Origin: an uncultured delta proteobacterium
GTDB taxonomy: Bacteria > Myxococcota_A > Polyangia > Fen-1088
Direction: 5' to 3'
Length of the DNA stretch: 64,000 nt
Assembly: GCA_963737265.1 (NCBI GenBank)
Contig: CAVTRY010000018.1
Location: forward strand, 192,001 to 256,000
Numbering within the stretch: position 1 is the stretch's first letter; the number at the start of each line of letters is the position of its first letter. The position numbers and the translations under genes are program-made. Of the stretch, positions 22,638 through 32,956 are shown one piece after another. The notes under the pieces are model-generated. The model saw only the letters and a list, made by a program, of their open reading frames with translations, made no database searches and was not told where the DNA came from.

Positions 22638-23348
22638 ATCCCAAGGCCAGGTGGATATCAAGGAGCGCGTGGCTCCAGTGGAAGTGCAGCAGACAACTAT
22701 CGCGTCGGGCGCCGCATTCGCGTGCCCGAGGTACGCGTGATCGGGGGCGACGGCAGTCAAGTCGGCATCCTCCAGACGCACGAAGCCTTGCGCATGGCGG
22801 AAGAGGCGGGGCTCGATCTGGTCGAGGTCAGTCCGCGCGCCGTACCGCCGGTGTGCCGAATCATGGACTTCGGTCGCTTCAAGTACCAAGAATCCAAGAA
22901 GGAAAAGGCATCGCGCAAGCACCAGTCGACGGTCATCATCAAAGAAATCAAGTTTCGGCCCAAGACCGACACCCACGACCTGGACTTCAAGCTCAAGCAC
23001 ATCCGTCGCTTCCTTGGCGAGGGCAACAAGGTGCGCCTCATGATCGTGTTCCGCGGTCGCGAAATCGTGCACCCCGAGACCGGCCAAGCCATGCTGGACA
23101 CGGTGTTCAGGAACGTGTCCGATATCGCCGCCATCGAGCAGAAGCCGTCCATGGAAGGCCGCCGCATGGTGATGGTGCTGGGCACCCGCGCTGGGGTTAT
23201 CCGGCCGGCAACCATTTCTCAGCCGACGGGCACAGCTCCGGTATCGGCTGGGTCTTCGGGTCCGGCATCCCCGGTTTTGCGCCCCACGACTCAGATTGGT
23301 GGCGGTTCCGAGCCACAAGCGCCGGGTTCGGTGGAATCCAAGGCGTAA
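22638..23348 (+). CDS. infC: Translation initiation factor IF-3, non-canonical AUC start, Pro/Ser/Gly-rich C-terminal extension
   Basis: AGGAGG SD, then ATC at 22638 in frame 28 codons upstream of the ORF-finder GTG. LDLVEVSP, PPVCRIMDFGRFKY, KEIKFRP. Confidence 0.93.
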   Translation: MPRPGGYQGARGSSGSAADNYRVGRRIRVPEVRVIGGDGSQVGILQTHEALRMAEEAGLDLVEVSPRAVPPVCRIMDFGRFKYQESKKEKASRKHQSTVIIKEIKFRPKTDTHDLDFKLKHIRRFLGEGNKVRLMIVFRGREIVHPETGQAMLDTVFRNVSDIAAIEQKPSMEGRRMVMVLGTRAGVIRPATISQPTGTAPVSAGSSGPASPVLRPTTQIGGGSEPQAPGSVESKA

Positions 23349-23401
23349 CTCGCTCTAATTGCTTGCGTGAGGCATCGCCCTGTATATACTGCGCGCCTCT
23401 C

Positions 23402-23608
23402 ATGCCCAAGCTGAAGATGAAGACGAACAGCTCTGTCAAGAAGCGATTTAAGCTGACAGCCAGCGGTAGGATCAAGCGCAAGCACGCCTTCCAGAGGCAC
23501 ATCCTCACCAACAAAAAGCCAGGCAACAAGCGCAAGCTGCGCAAAGGCGCCTACATCGCCAAGAGCCAGGAACATCAGATCAAGGCGATGATCCCTTACG
23601 GTCTTTGA
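23402..23608 (+). CDS. rpmI: 50S ribosomal protein L35
   Basis: MPKLKMKTNSSVKKRFKLTASG...HILTNK, between infC and rplT. Upstream TATACT -10. Confidence 0.96.
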   Translation: MPKLKMKTNSSVKKRFKLTASGRIKRKHAFQRHILTNKKPGNKRKLRKGAYIAKSQEHQIKAMIPYGL

Positions 23609-23633
23609 TTCGGGAATCCTCAGGAGTTGACCC

Positions 23634-23984
23634 ATGCCCCGCGCTAAAGGTGGTTATAAAACAAGTCGTCGCCGCAACCGCATCCGCAAGGCCGCCAAGG
23701 GCTTTCGCGGCGGTCGCTCCAAGCTGTGGAAGGCAGCGGTAGAAGCGGTCCATCGCAAGTGGCGCTTCGCCTTCTTCCACCGTCGCAAGCGGAAGGGCGA
23801 CTTCCGCGGACTGTGGATCGCGCGTATCAACGCCGCTGCTCGCGAAATCGGCGTGTCGTACTCGCGCCTGATTGCCGGGCTGACGAAGTCGAACATCGCC
23901 ATTGATCGCAAGATTCTAGCGGATTTGGCGATTAGCGATCCCAACGCCTTCAAGAAGATCGTCGAAGCCGCCACGGCGGCCTAA
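23634..23984 (+). CDS. rplT: 50S ribosomal protein L20
   Basis: [34 protein letters not shown]. Confidence 0.97.
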   Translation: MPRAKGGYKTSRRRNRIRKAAKGFRGGRSKLWKAAVEAVHRKWRFAFFHRRKRKGDFRGLWIARINAAAREIGVSYSRLIAGLTKSNIAIDRKILADLAISDPNAFKKIVEAATAA

Positions 23985-24001
23985 CCCCGGCGCGCGCCGC
24001 C

Positions 24002-25072
24002 ATGGCTAGCGAGGGTTTAGGGGCAGCCCAAGACCTCGTTCGTTCGTTCGAGAGTCTGACGGCTGATTTTTCGGCCGAGATCGGCAGTCTGCGCACGGAG
24101 CAGGACATCCGGCTCGCGCAGGCGCGCTACCTCGGCAAGAAGGGCAGGGCGACCGAGCTAATGAAACAGCTCGGCCGCATCCCGGCGGCCGACCGTCCCG
24201 CCGTCGGCGAAGCCGCCAACCGATCGCGCGCGGCCATCGAACAGTCCGTCGAAGTGCGTCTGGCTGCCTTGGCCGAGGCTGCCTTGGCGAGCGAGCTCGC
24301 GCGCGGCGTGGACGTCACCTTGCCGGGGCGCGGTCGGCGCGCGGGCAGCCTGCATCCGCTCACCCGCGTGCGCATGGAAATCGAGCAGATCTTTCACGCC
24401 ATGGGTTTCGAAGTGCGCACCGGTCCGCTCATCGAGACCGAGTGGAACAATTTCGATGCGCTCAACACCCCGGCCGATCACCCGGCGCGCGACATGCAGG
24501 ACACCTTCTTCGTCGAGGGTGGGCGCATTCTGCGTTCGCACACCTCGCCGGTGCAGATACGGACCATGTTGGCCGGCCCACCGCCGGTGAAGATCATCGC
24601 GCCCGGCAACGTGTTTCGTCGCGACGACGACGCGACCCACACGCCGATGTTTCCGCAATGCGAGGGTCTGCATGTCGACAAGAACGTCAGCTTCGAGGAT
24701 TTGAAGGCCACGCTCATCGTCTTCGTCCAGCGCTTCTTCGGGCCGCAAACCGAGATTCGCCTGCGCCCGAGCTTCTTTCCCTTTACTGAACCCTCGGCGG
24801 AAGTCGACGCCTCGTGTTTTCTGTGCGAAGGCAAGTCGCCCGCGCGTGCGTCCTGTCGTTTGTGCAAGGGAACGGGCTGGCTCGAAATCGGCGGCTCGGG
24901 CATGGTCCATCCCAACGTCCTGGCGGCGGTGGGTTACGACAAGTACGACGTCACCGGCTTCGCCTTCGGCATGGGCCTGTCGCGCATGGCGATGCTGAAG
25001 TATGGGGTTACGGATCTGCGCCTATTCTACGAAAACGACCTGCGTTTTCTTCAGCAATTTCCAGCAGGATAG
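24002..25072 (+). CDS. pheS: Phenylalanine--tRNA ligase alpha subunit
   Basis: HPARDMQDTF, LRSHTSPVQIR, RPSFFPFTEPS, GFAFGMG. Confidence 0.97.
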   Translation: MASEGLGAAQDLVRSFESLTADFSAEIGSLRTEQDIRLAQARYLGKKGRATELMKQLGRIPAADRPAVGEAANRSRAAIEQSVEVRLAALAEAALASELARGVDVTLPGRGRRAGSLHPLTRVRMEIEQIFHAMGFEVRTGPLIETEWNNFDALNTPADHPARDMQDTFFVEGGRILRSHTSPVQIRTMLAGPPPVKIIAPGNVFRRDDDATHTPMFPQCEGLHVDKNVSFEDLKATLIVFVQRFFGPQTEIRLRPSFFPFTEPSAEVDASCFLCEGKSPARASCRLCKGTGWLEIGGSGMVHPNVLAAVGYDKYDVTGFAFGMGLSRMAMLKYGVTDLRLFYENDLRFLQQFPAG

Positions 25073-25081
25073 GGACTTTTG

Positions 25082-27487
25082 ATGAAGATCTCGTTGAACT
25101 GGTTGCGCGAGCTAGTCGAGCTTCCACGCGGCATCGATGCCGAACGCGTCGCTGGCATTCTGACCAGTCAAGGTCTGGAGGTGGAAAGCATCGAGCCAAA
25201 GGGACGCGAGCTGTCCGGCGTCGTCGTGGCCGAGGTGCTGGCCACCCGGCCCCATCCCAACGCCGACAAGCTTCGCATCGTGCGCGTGCGCGCCGGCGCT
25301 CGCGAGGAAGACGTCGTGTGCGGCGCGCCGAATGTCCCGCCGTCCGGGCAGCGGGTTTGCTGGGCTCAGCCGGGCGCGCGGCTGCCTGGCGGCAAGACCC
25401 TGGAGGCGCGCGAGGTGCGCGGCGTGATGTCGCCCGGCATGCTGTGCAGCGAACCCGAAATGGGCTTAGGAGAACAAGGTGACGGAATCTTGATTCTGTC
25501 AACTAGCGCCACGCCGGGGGACGACGTCGCGACCTTCGCCAGTGCGTCCGACGACGTACTGGAAGTCAACGTCACGCCCAATCGGCCTGATGCGCTTTCC
25601 CACCTTGGAGTCGCGCGCGAACTGGCCGCGCACTTCGGCATTCGCCTGCGGCTGCCCGCTATCGACCAGGTGCCGGAGGTGGACAACGGACCAACCATGG
25701 ACGTCGAAATCGCCCATGCCCAGGGCTGCCCTCGCTACCTCGCGCGCTTCCTCACGGGCCTCACCGTGGCGCCGAGCCCGATTCAGATGCGGCTGCGCCT
25801 TGGTTATTGCGGGATGCGCGCCATTTCGAATTTGGTCGACGTCACCAACTACGTTTTGCTCGAAACCGGGCATCCCTTGCATGCCTTCGATTTCGACAAG
25901 TTGCAGGGCCGCATCGTCGTGCGCCGGGCTGGGCAGGGCGAAACCATGGTGACGCTCGACGGCCAGAAGCGGGAGCTCGCACCTGAAGACCTTCTGATTG
26001 CCGACGAAGGCGGGGCGGTCGCCATCGCCGGGGTGATGGGAGGTTCCACCAGCGAAGTCTCCGCGTCGACACGGAACGTGCTGCTGGAAACCGCCACCTT
26101 CGATTCGCGCAGCATCCGCCGGACCGCCAAGCGACTGGGAATTACGTCGGAGGCCTCATATCGCTTCGAGCGCGGCGTCGATGCCTATGGCACTCCCTTC
26201 GCATCCGCGCGCGCAGTTTCGCTGCTGGCCAAGCTGGGAGGCGGCAGCTTGGTGCGTACCCAAGTCGATCGTTTTCCGCGACCTCCAGCGGTCGTGAAGG
26301 TGACGCTGGCGCTATCCAAACTGCGCCGCGTGACCGGCACCGACTACTCGCTCGCCTTCGCTTCGCAGCAGATCACGCGCCTGGGCATGACGTGCGAAAC
26401 CGCGGCGGACAGCATTCGCGTGACGGTGCCGTCCTATCGCCCGGACGTCACCATCGCCGAGGATCTCGTCGAAGAGGTGCTGCGCATGGGCGAGCTAGGC
26501 AAAGCCGCGGACAAGAAGCGGGTCGCCAGCAACGCTATCGAGCGCGCCAATCCCGAGGGACCGGCCGATCGCGCGCGCTTGCTTCTGGCCGGGGCTGGGC
26601 TAGCGGAAATCGTGACCTGGGCCTTTATTCCGAAGGCGCTTCTCGCCGCCATCAGCGGCGACGGGTCGGACGAACGGTTGGCCCGCGGAGTTGTCCTTCG
26701 CAACCCAATTTCGGCGGACTACGAAGTGATGCGCACCTCGCTGCTTCCAGGTCTCGCCGAAACCCTCAAGCGCAATCGTTCGCGAGGTGTGACGGATCCT
26801 TGGTTGTTCGAGGTCGGACCGGTGATCCAGCGGGGCGCGGACGACAACGCCGCCCCCGTCGAATCCTCCTACGCCGCGGGAATCATCGCCGGCAACAGCG
26901 CGGGCTGGCTCAAACCCGGCGAGCCGCTCGACTTCTTCGATCTCAAGCGCGTGGTCGAGGATCTTTTGCGCGGTTTCGGTCTAGCGGAAAGCCGTTTCGA
27001 AGCGCCAGCGACCGTGCCTTTCCTGCATCCTGGCGTCTCGGCGCGGCTGCTCGCGCGAGACGGAACACAGCTCGGCTGCTTGGGCGAATTACATCCGTCC
27101 GTCGCGCGCAAACTGGGCGTTGAGATCACGGCATTCTACTTCGAAGTGGCGATTGCAGAGCTCGCGGTGGCGGCGGGCCCCTTGCGCACGTCCGCGCCGC
27201 CGCGCTTTCCTGCGGTTGCCCGAGACGTCTCGTTCTGGATCGACGCTGCCACACCGGCGGATGCGCAGCGCGCGGCTTTCCAGTCGGCGGCCGAGCCGCT
27301 CTTGCGCGATCTTGCGGTGCTGGAAGATTTTCGCGACCCGAAATACGCCCCACCAGGCAAGAAGGGCATGTTGTGGTCGATGACCTATCGCGCGGCCGAT
27401 CGCACACTCACCGACGCGGAAGGCGATGGTGCGCACGCGCGCGTCGTCAAGGCGCTTGCATCGGCCTTCGCCATCCAAGTACGCTAG
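25082..27487 (+). CDS. pheT: Phenylalanine--tRNA ligase beta subunit
   Basis: MKISLNWLRE, HPNADKL, VTPNRPDALSHLGVARE, RFERGVD, YRAADRTLTD. Confidence 0.97.
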   Translation: MKISLNWLRELVELPRGIDAERVAGILTSQGLEVESIEPKGRELSGVVVAEVLATRPHPNADKLRIVRVRAGAREEDVVCGAPNVPPSGQRVCWAQPGARLPGGKTLEAREVRGVMSPGMLCSEPEMGLGEQGDGILILSTSATPGDDVATFASASDDVLEVNVTPNRPDALSHLGVARELAAHFGIRLRLPAIDQVPEVDNGPTMDVEIAHAQGCPRYLARFLTGLTVAPSPIQMRLRLGYCGMRAISNLVDVTNYVLLETGHPLHAFDFDKLQGRIVVRRAGQGETMVTLDGQKRELAPEDLLIADEGGAVAIAGVMGGSTSEVSASTRNVLLETATFDSRSIRRTAKRLGITSEASYRFERGVDAYGTPFASARAVSLLAKLGGGSLVRTQVDRFPRPPAVVKVTLALSKLRRVTGTDYSLAFASQQITRLGMTCETAADSIRVTVPSYRPDVTIAEDLVEEVLRMGELGKAADKKRVASNAIERANPEGPADRARLLLAGAGLAEIVTWAFIPKALLAAISGDGSDERLARGVVLRNPISADYEVMRTSLLPGLAETLKRNRSRGVTDPWLFEVGPVIQRGADDNAAPVESSYAAGIIAGNSAGWLKPGEPLDFFDLKRVVEDLLRGFGLAESRFEAPATVPFLHPGVSARLLARDGTQLGCLGELHPSVARKLGVEITAFYFEVAIAELAVAAGPLRTSAPPRFPAVARDVSFWIDAATPADAQRAAFQSAAEPLLRDLAVLEDFRDPKYAPPGKKGMLWSMTYRAADRTLTDAEGDGAHARVVKALASAFAIQVR

Positions 27488-27558
27488 TTCTCGGCGCGCA
27501 GGTCAACCCGCGCGGGTCAACCCTTTGACAACACTGGCGTTTGTGGGAACATAGCGCC

Positions 27559-27846
27559 ATGACTAAGGCCGACATCGTCGAGACTGTCTACGAGAAAGTC
27601 GGTGGCTTTTCGAAGAAAGAGGCGGCCGAGATCGTCGAGACCGTCTTTGACACGATAAAGGCCACCTTAGAGCGAGGCGAAAAGATCAAGATTTCCGGCT
27701 TCGGCAATTTCGTCGTGCGGGACAAGAACTCGCGTACCGGCCGCAATCCGCAGACCGGCCAGGAAATCACCATCACCGCCCGTCGCGTGCTCACCTTCAA
27801 GCCCAGCCAGGTGCTGAAGAACTCGCTCAACGACGAGCGAACCTAG
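27559..27846 (+). CDS. ihfA: Integration host factor alpha subunit
   Basis: [32 protein letters not shown]; follows pheT. TTGACA at 27525. Confidence 0.95.
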   Translation: MTKADIVETVYEKVGGFSKKEAAEIVETVFDTIKATLERGEKIKISGFGNFVVRDKNSRTGRNPQTGQEITITARRVLTFKPSQVLKNSLNDERT

Positions 27847-27860
27847 GTTCGAGGCAACTG

Positions 27861-28244
27861 TTGGCAAGACGCGCGTCCGCGCCGGTTGATCCGAACGCGA
27901 TTCCGGACAAGCCCTTCTTCAAGATCGGCGAGGCCGCACGCCTGTGCGCGCTCAAGCCATACGTTTTACGCTACTGGGAGACGGAGTTCCATTCCATCAA
28001 GCCGCAGAAAACGCGGTCGCGCCAGCGGCTCTACCGCCGGCAGGACGTCGAGCTGCTGCTGCGCATCCGCAATCTTCTTTACGATCAGCGCTTCACCATC
28101 GAGGGCGCCCGCTCGCGTTTGCGCGAGCTCGGTCACGACGAGGCGGCGCCACCGGCGCTTCCCCCGCCGGAGGTCGATCGCGAAACCATGAGGAAGATCA
28201 AGCAGGCGGTGTTGGATCTGATTGGGCTTGTGGAAGAGCCCTAG
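27861..28244 (+). CDS. MerR family transcriptional regulator (ihfA-linked type)
   Basis: [32 protein letters not shown]. Confidence 0.92.
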   Translation: MARRASAPVDPNAIPDKPFFKIGEAARLCALKPYVLRYWETEFHSIKPQKTRSRQRLYRRQDVELLLRIRNLLYDQRFTIEGARSRLRELGHDEAAPPALPPPEVDRETMRKIKQAVLDLIGLVEEP

Positions 28245-28281
28245 GTCCACTACATTTCGCATCCTCTTTCACAACATATAT

Positions 28282-28358
<77 letters not shown>

Positions 28359-28368
28359 AGCATTGTCG

Positions 28369-29136
28369 GTGAAGCCACTTATTCTTCTTAGCAACGACGA
28401 CGGCGTCCGGGCGCCTGGAATCCGGGCGCTGGCCGATGCTTTGGCGGGTGTGGCCGACCTGTTGGTCGCAGCGCCCGACCGCGAACGTAGTGCCGCCGCG
28501 CACTCCATCAGTCTCGATCATCCGCTGCGCGCGGAAGAGGTCGAGCCAAGCGTCTACGCCATCGACGGCACCCCGGTGGATTGCGTCTACCTCGCGCTTC
28601 ATCACCTAGTGCCGCGCAAACCCGATCTGTGCTTGTCGGGCATCAACAACGGCTTCAACCTCGGGTCGGATGTCTTCTATTCCGGCACGGTGGGCGCTGC
28701 ACTGGAAGGCGCCTTGCGCGGCATTCCGTCCATCGCGCTGTCGCTCGAAAGGCGCAAGCCCCAGGATTTCAGCCATGCCGCCGCCTTTGCCCGCGATTTC
28801 GTCAGCGATCTCCTGGCGCGCGGAGCAGAAGCGCTGGAACCGGGAATCTTGCTCAACGTGAACTTTCCGGCCGGCCCGGTGCTAGGGCTGCGCGCCACGT
28901 GCATGGGGCGGCGAATCTATCGCGACCAGGTTTCGGTTCGCCAGGACCTGCGCGGGCGTTCCTACTACTGGATCGGCGGCCCCGAGGAAAAGGGCGATGA
29001 TGTGCCCGGCTCGGATTGCACCGCGATCCAGCAGGGCCACGTTTCCGTGACCCCCATCGGTCTCGACCTGACCCACCGGCCGACACTCGCCAAGCTCTCG
29101 TCCTGGTGGCCGGACGCTCGCATCAAGAGCCAGTAG
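28369..29136 (+). CDS. surE: 5'/3'-nucleotidase SurE
   Basis: ILLSNDDG, DGTPVDCV, SGINNGFNLG, YSGTVGAA. Confidence 0.96.
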   Translation: MKPLILLSNDDGVRAPGIRALADALAGVADLLVAAPDRERSAAAHSISLDHPLRAEEVEPSVYAIDGTPVDCVYLALHHLVPRKPDLCLSGINNGFNLGSDVFYSGTVGAALEGALRGIPSIALSLERRKPQDFSHAAAFARDFVSDLLARGAEALEPGILLNVNFPAGPVLGLRATCMGRRIYRDQVSVRQDLRGRSYYWIGGPEEKGDDVPGSDCTAIQQGHVSVTPIGLDLTHRPTLAKLSSWWPDARIKSQ

Positions 29137-29168
29137 ACGCCAGCGGCGGGACAGGGTAGGGGAAGAGA

Positions 29169-29882
29169 ATGGTCACCGGGCGACGACTCGCAGTCACCCT
29201 GCTTTGCTTGCTGGCAAAGCTCGGCTGCGCGACCGGAGGCGCGGACAAGCCTCTCCACGCGGACAATCTCCCTGGCACCTGGCACACCGTCGAGCCCGGC
29301 GAGACATCGGCGACGATCGCCAAGCAGGCCGGCATCCCCGTCGAGGATTTCCTGGAAATCAATGGGCTGCGCAAAAACGATGTCCTGACACCAGGACAAC
29401 CGGTATTCGTGCTCGGCAAGCCGGCCGAGCAGTCCGGCGCGAGTCCTGGATTCACACCCTCGTTCGCGCGGGCCACGACATCGCCCGCGACGAGCTCGTC
29501 GGCGCCCTTGCGCTGGCCCGTCGCCGTGCCCCGGCTGTCGTCTCCCTTTGGCAAGCGTTGGGGCAAGGAGCATGAAGGCATCGACATGGCCGCGCCCATC
29601 GGCACGCCGGTGTACGCAGCATCGGCGGGCGATGTGATTTACGCCGGCGATCAAGTGCGCGGCTACGGCAACATGGTCGTGATCAGGCACCGCGGGGATC
29701 TGGTCACCGTGTATGCCCACAACTCGCTCCTCCTCGTTCACATTGGGGACCAGGTATCGGTGGGGCAGGAAATTGCGCGCGTCGGCGACACCGGGCGGGC
29801 TACCGCGCCGCACCTGCACTTCGAAGTCCGCCGCAACGAGATTCCGCAAGACCCCATGCTGTTTTTGCCCGCTTTGAAGTAG
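29169..29882 (+). CDS. LysM + M23 peptidase lipoprotein (NlpD-like)
   Basis: Lipobox LGC, HTVEPGET LysM, HEGID and PHLHFE zinc motifs. Confidence 0.9.
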   Translation: MVTGRRLAVTLLCLLAKLGCATGGADKPLHADNLPGTWHTVEPGETSATIAKQAGIPVEDFLEINGLRKNDVLTPGQPVFVLGKPAEQSGASPGFTPSFARATTSPATSSSAPLRWPVAVPRLSSPFGKRWGKEHEGIDMAAPIGTPVYAASAGDVIYAGDQVRGYGNMVVIRHRGDLVTVYAHNSLLLVHIGDQVSVGQEIARVGDTGRATAPHLHFEVRRNEIPQDPMLFLPALK

Positions 29883-29891
29883 AAATAGGCC

Positions 29892-30431
29892 ATGTCACCT
29901 AGCGATGCTCCCGAGGTCGATCTGCGCTCTTTCATCCGCGACATCCCCGATTTTCCCAAACCGGGGATTCTATTTCGCGATGTCACCCCGTTGCTCGGCA
30001 ACGGACCGGCCTTTCGCACGTGCATCCGGCAGCTGTGCGAGCGACTCGTGCCCCTGAAACCACACGCGATCGCCGGAATCGAATCGCGCGGATTTATTTT
30101 CGGTGCCAGCATCGCGGCCGAGATAGGCGTCGGCTTCATCCCTATTCGCAAACCCGGCAAGCTGCCGTGGAAGACCCGCCAGGAAAGCTACGCCCTCGAA
30201 TATGGTACCGACGCCATCGAAGTCCACGAGGATGCAGTGGCGGGCGTCACGCGCGTGGCGCTTGTCGACGATCTTCTGGCCACCGGCGGGACTGCGGGCG
30301 CCGCCATCAAGCTGCTGCAAGGGCTCGGCGGCCAAGTGGTGGTCGCCGCGTTCGTCATCGAGCTTGCCTTCCTGCACGGGCGAGAACGTCTGGCAGGGAT
30401 TCCTGCCCAGGTAATGATCACGTACACTTAA
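29892..30431 (+). CDS. apt: Adenine phosphoribosyltransferase
   Basis: IPDFPKPGILFRD, ESRGFIFG, RKPGKLP, VDDLLATGGT. Confidence 0.96.
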   Translation: MSPSDAPEVDLRSFIRDIPDFPKPGILFRDVTPLLGNGPAFRTCIRQLCERLVPLKPHAIAGIESRGFIFGASIAAEIGVGFIPIRKPGKLPWKTRQESYALEYGTDAIEVHEDAVAGVTRVALVDDLLATGGTAGAAIKLLQGLGGQVVVAAFVIELAFLHGRERLAGIPAQVMITYT

Positions 30432-31383
30432 GGACACGTTCGGGGCGCGACGCCGCTTGATGACAAGACAGCCCACACAGGGCCGAACGTTAGAAACCGC
30501 CTTCCACGCGAATTACGATTTTGCCCCGGGTTGCGCTCTTGCCGAAATCGGCGATGGCTGCCGCAACCTCGCGAATCGGAACCACCTTGGCGATGGGTAT
30601 TTGCATGCCCTCGCGCATTCCTTCCGCCAACCATTGCAAATCGGGGCGCCGCGGTTTCACCATCACCAACTTGCACCTTCTCCGCAGCAAGGGCGAGAGC
30701 AGCAGTCCGCCCACAAAGGCGGCGCTGGGTAGGGTCGTGACGTAAGTCCCGCGCGGCGCAATCAACTTGCGAAATGCCACTACGCCGAAGCCCGCCGCAG
30801 CGTCGAGGATCACGGCATAGCGTTCTTTCACTTCTTTCTGCCAACCCGCGTTCCCGCGGTCGAATACCGTGCGCGCGCCCAGCCCGCGCACGAACGCCAT
30901 CCCCGATGCCGAGCTGACCGCGTCCACCACGCCGCCCAACCTGCTCGCGACGCCGATTGCAACCGAACCCACGCCGCCCTTCGCACCCGTCACCAGCACG
31001 GATTGCCCCGCGCGCATCCGCCCGCAGTCCCGCAGCGCCTGCAAGGCAGTAATTCCCGCCGTGGCGGAAGCAGCGGCGGTCTCGTGGCTAAGCGATTCGG
31101 GCTTGGGTGCCAGGAACGACGCGGGCACTACGGTGAATTCCGCCAAGGCGCCGGACTTGGTGATGCGCGAATAGGCGTGAAAGCCAAATACCTCTTGCCC
31201 AACCTGAAGGCTAGATACGTTAGCCCCCATCTTGTCCACGACGCCCGACACATCCCAACCGACCACCAGCGGGAAGACCTTGGCGTGCAGGATAGTCACC
31301 TTGCCAAGCAGGGTCTGAAGTGGACCCCAAAAATGGGACCAGGAGCTAAGGTGTAGTCCGCCTCAACAACGAGGCAGGACACG

Positions 31384-31677
31384 ATGAAAACGAACCGCCA
31401 AAAGCACACAGCACTCTTCAAGGCGCAGGTAGCTCTCGAAGCCATGCGGGAGCAGGCAACGGTTGTGGAGATCGGGCGCCGATACAAGATCAACCCGAAC
31501 CTGGTTCACAAGTGGAAGAAGGAAGCCGTCACACGGCTGGCCATGGTTTTCGAACCAGGCCATGCAAATGCAGAGGAATCGGCGAACGCCGAACGCGAAT
31601 CGGAATTGCTGCGCAAGGTGGGGCAGCTGACGCTGGAGAATGATTTTTTAGCACGCGGGCTCGCGCGCATTCGCTGA
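31384..31677 (+). CDS. IS3 transposase OrfA (HTH)
   Basis: FKAQVALEA...INPNLVHKWK...VGQLTLENDFL. Confidence 0.92.
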   Translation: MKTNRQKHTALFKAQVALEAMREQATVVEIGRRYKINPNLVHKWKKEAVTRLAMVFEPGHANAEESANAERESELLRKVGQLTLENDFLARGLARIR

Positions 31678-31691
31678 CGGAGAAGCGCGCC

Positions 31692-32528
31692 ATGATCGAG
31701 TCCCACAACGACCTATCTGTCCGTCGGCAGTGCGAGCTGCTGAATCTTGCGAGATCGGGCATCTACTGGGAGCCGATGCCGATGGCAGAGGAAGATCTGG
31801 CCATCTGCAAGGAGCTGGACAAGCTGCATCTTGAATTGCCAGCATTCGGCAGCCGGAAGCTGTCACGGTTGCTAAAGGCACAGGGGCAGACGGTGAATCG
31901 CAAACGGGTGCAGAGACTGATGCGAATCATGGGCATCGAAGCGCTGGCGCCCAAACCACGGACGACCGTGCCCGCGCCGGAACATACGAAATTCCCGTAC
32001 TTGCTGCGCCATCTCGCGATCATTCGGCCCAATCAGGTGTGGGCCTCGGATATCACGTACATCCCGACGAGACAGGGGCATTGCTACCTGGTCGCCGTGA
32101 TGGATTGGTACACGCGCCGGGTTCTGTCCTGGCGCATTTCAAACACGATGGACAGCCGTTTTTGCATCGAGGTCGTGGAAGAAGCTCTTGCGAACTTCGG
32201 CTTGCCGGAGATCTTCAACACCGACCAGGGGTCGCAGTTTACCGACGACAACTTCACATCGGTTTTGCTGGACAAGGGCGTAAAGGTCAGCATGGACGGT
32301 CGCGGCCGATTCATGGACAACATCTTCGTCGAGCGTCTATGGCGGTCTGTCAAATGCGAGGAGGTCTACTTGAACGACTACCGAGACGTGGCCGACGCCC
32401 GCAGTGGCATCGCGATCTACCTGGACAAGTACAACCACAGGCGGCCTCACCAAACCCTTGGATTTCAGACACCCGTAGCGTTTTACGAATTCGAACTAAA
32501 GAAGTCGGCGATGAAAGAGGCCGCCTAA
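31692..32528 (+). CDS. IS3 transposase OrfB (DDE), -1 frame relative to OrfA
   Basis: PNQVWASDITY, FNTDQGSQF, DNIFVERLW. T-TTT-TTA slippery site at 31644-31650. Confidence 0.93.
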   Translation: MIESHNDLSVRRQCELLNLARSGIYWEPMPMAEEDLAICKELDKLHLELPAFGSRKLSRLLKAQGQTVNRKRVQRLMRIMGIEALAPKPRTTVPAPEHTKFPYLLRHLAIIRPNQVWASDITYIPTRQGHCYLVAVMDWYTRRVLSWRISNTMDSRFCIEVVEEALANFGLPEIFNTDQGSQFTDDNFTSVLLDKGVKVSMDGRGRFMDNIFVERLWRSVKCEEVYLNDYRDVADARSGIAIYLDKYNHRRPHQTLGFQTPVAFYEFELKKSAMKEAA

Positions 32529-32956
32529 ATCGCCGCTGCATCATGCTGATGGCACGCTGCCCACAACTGCAACGCGTTCACCTGCTTCTGTGGGGCCGTG
32601 CGCGCATTGCATCCGTGGACAGCAGCCATCAGCATGCCTCCGCTCTCAACAATTTCCTTGCCGGCGAGGCTCACCCGGATCTACAAACAAACCCACGCGG
32701 ACTCTCTCTTAGCTCGGGCCATTTCTGGTCCTACCAAAGGGGTCCACTTCAGTCTTCCCATCTGCGGGATTCAAGGCCGACGCCACCAGGCGCACCCGAA
32801 CTTCTCCTTCCCCCGGTTCAGGAAGCGGCACAGACATCTCCCGAAGATTCTCAATTGGGCCACAAGAAGCAGCCGCCATCACTCGCATCGTATTCGCCAT
32901 GGTCGAAGAGTCTTGCAAGCGAAAGGCGGCTTGTCGAAGGACTTGGCGAGCTCGCG

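Larger units (their letters stand above)
31316..32751 (+). mobile_element. IS3-family insertion sequence, 1436 bp, 3-bp target duplication GTC
   Basis: TG...CA ends, terminal inverted repeats TGAAGTGGACCCC / GGGGTCCACTTCA, GTC at 31313-15 and 32752-54. Confidence 0.95.
30490..32900 (-). pseudogene. NAD(P)-dependent quinone-oxidoreductase-like (MDR) gene interrupted by an IS3 element
   Basis: N-part MANTMRV...ALNPADGK (32900-32752) and C-part TLLGKVTILHAKVFPLVVGWD...GAKGGVG...TRGKIVI (31315-30490) join in frame once the IS and one GTC are removed. Confidence 0.9.

Noticed and set aside
22481-23608. 375-aa ORF ending in L35, suggesting a fusion
   Set aside because: The upstream part is an alternative frame of thrS/infC; rpmI starts at 23402.
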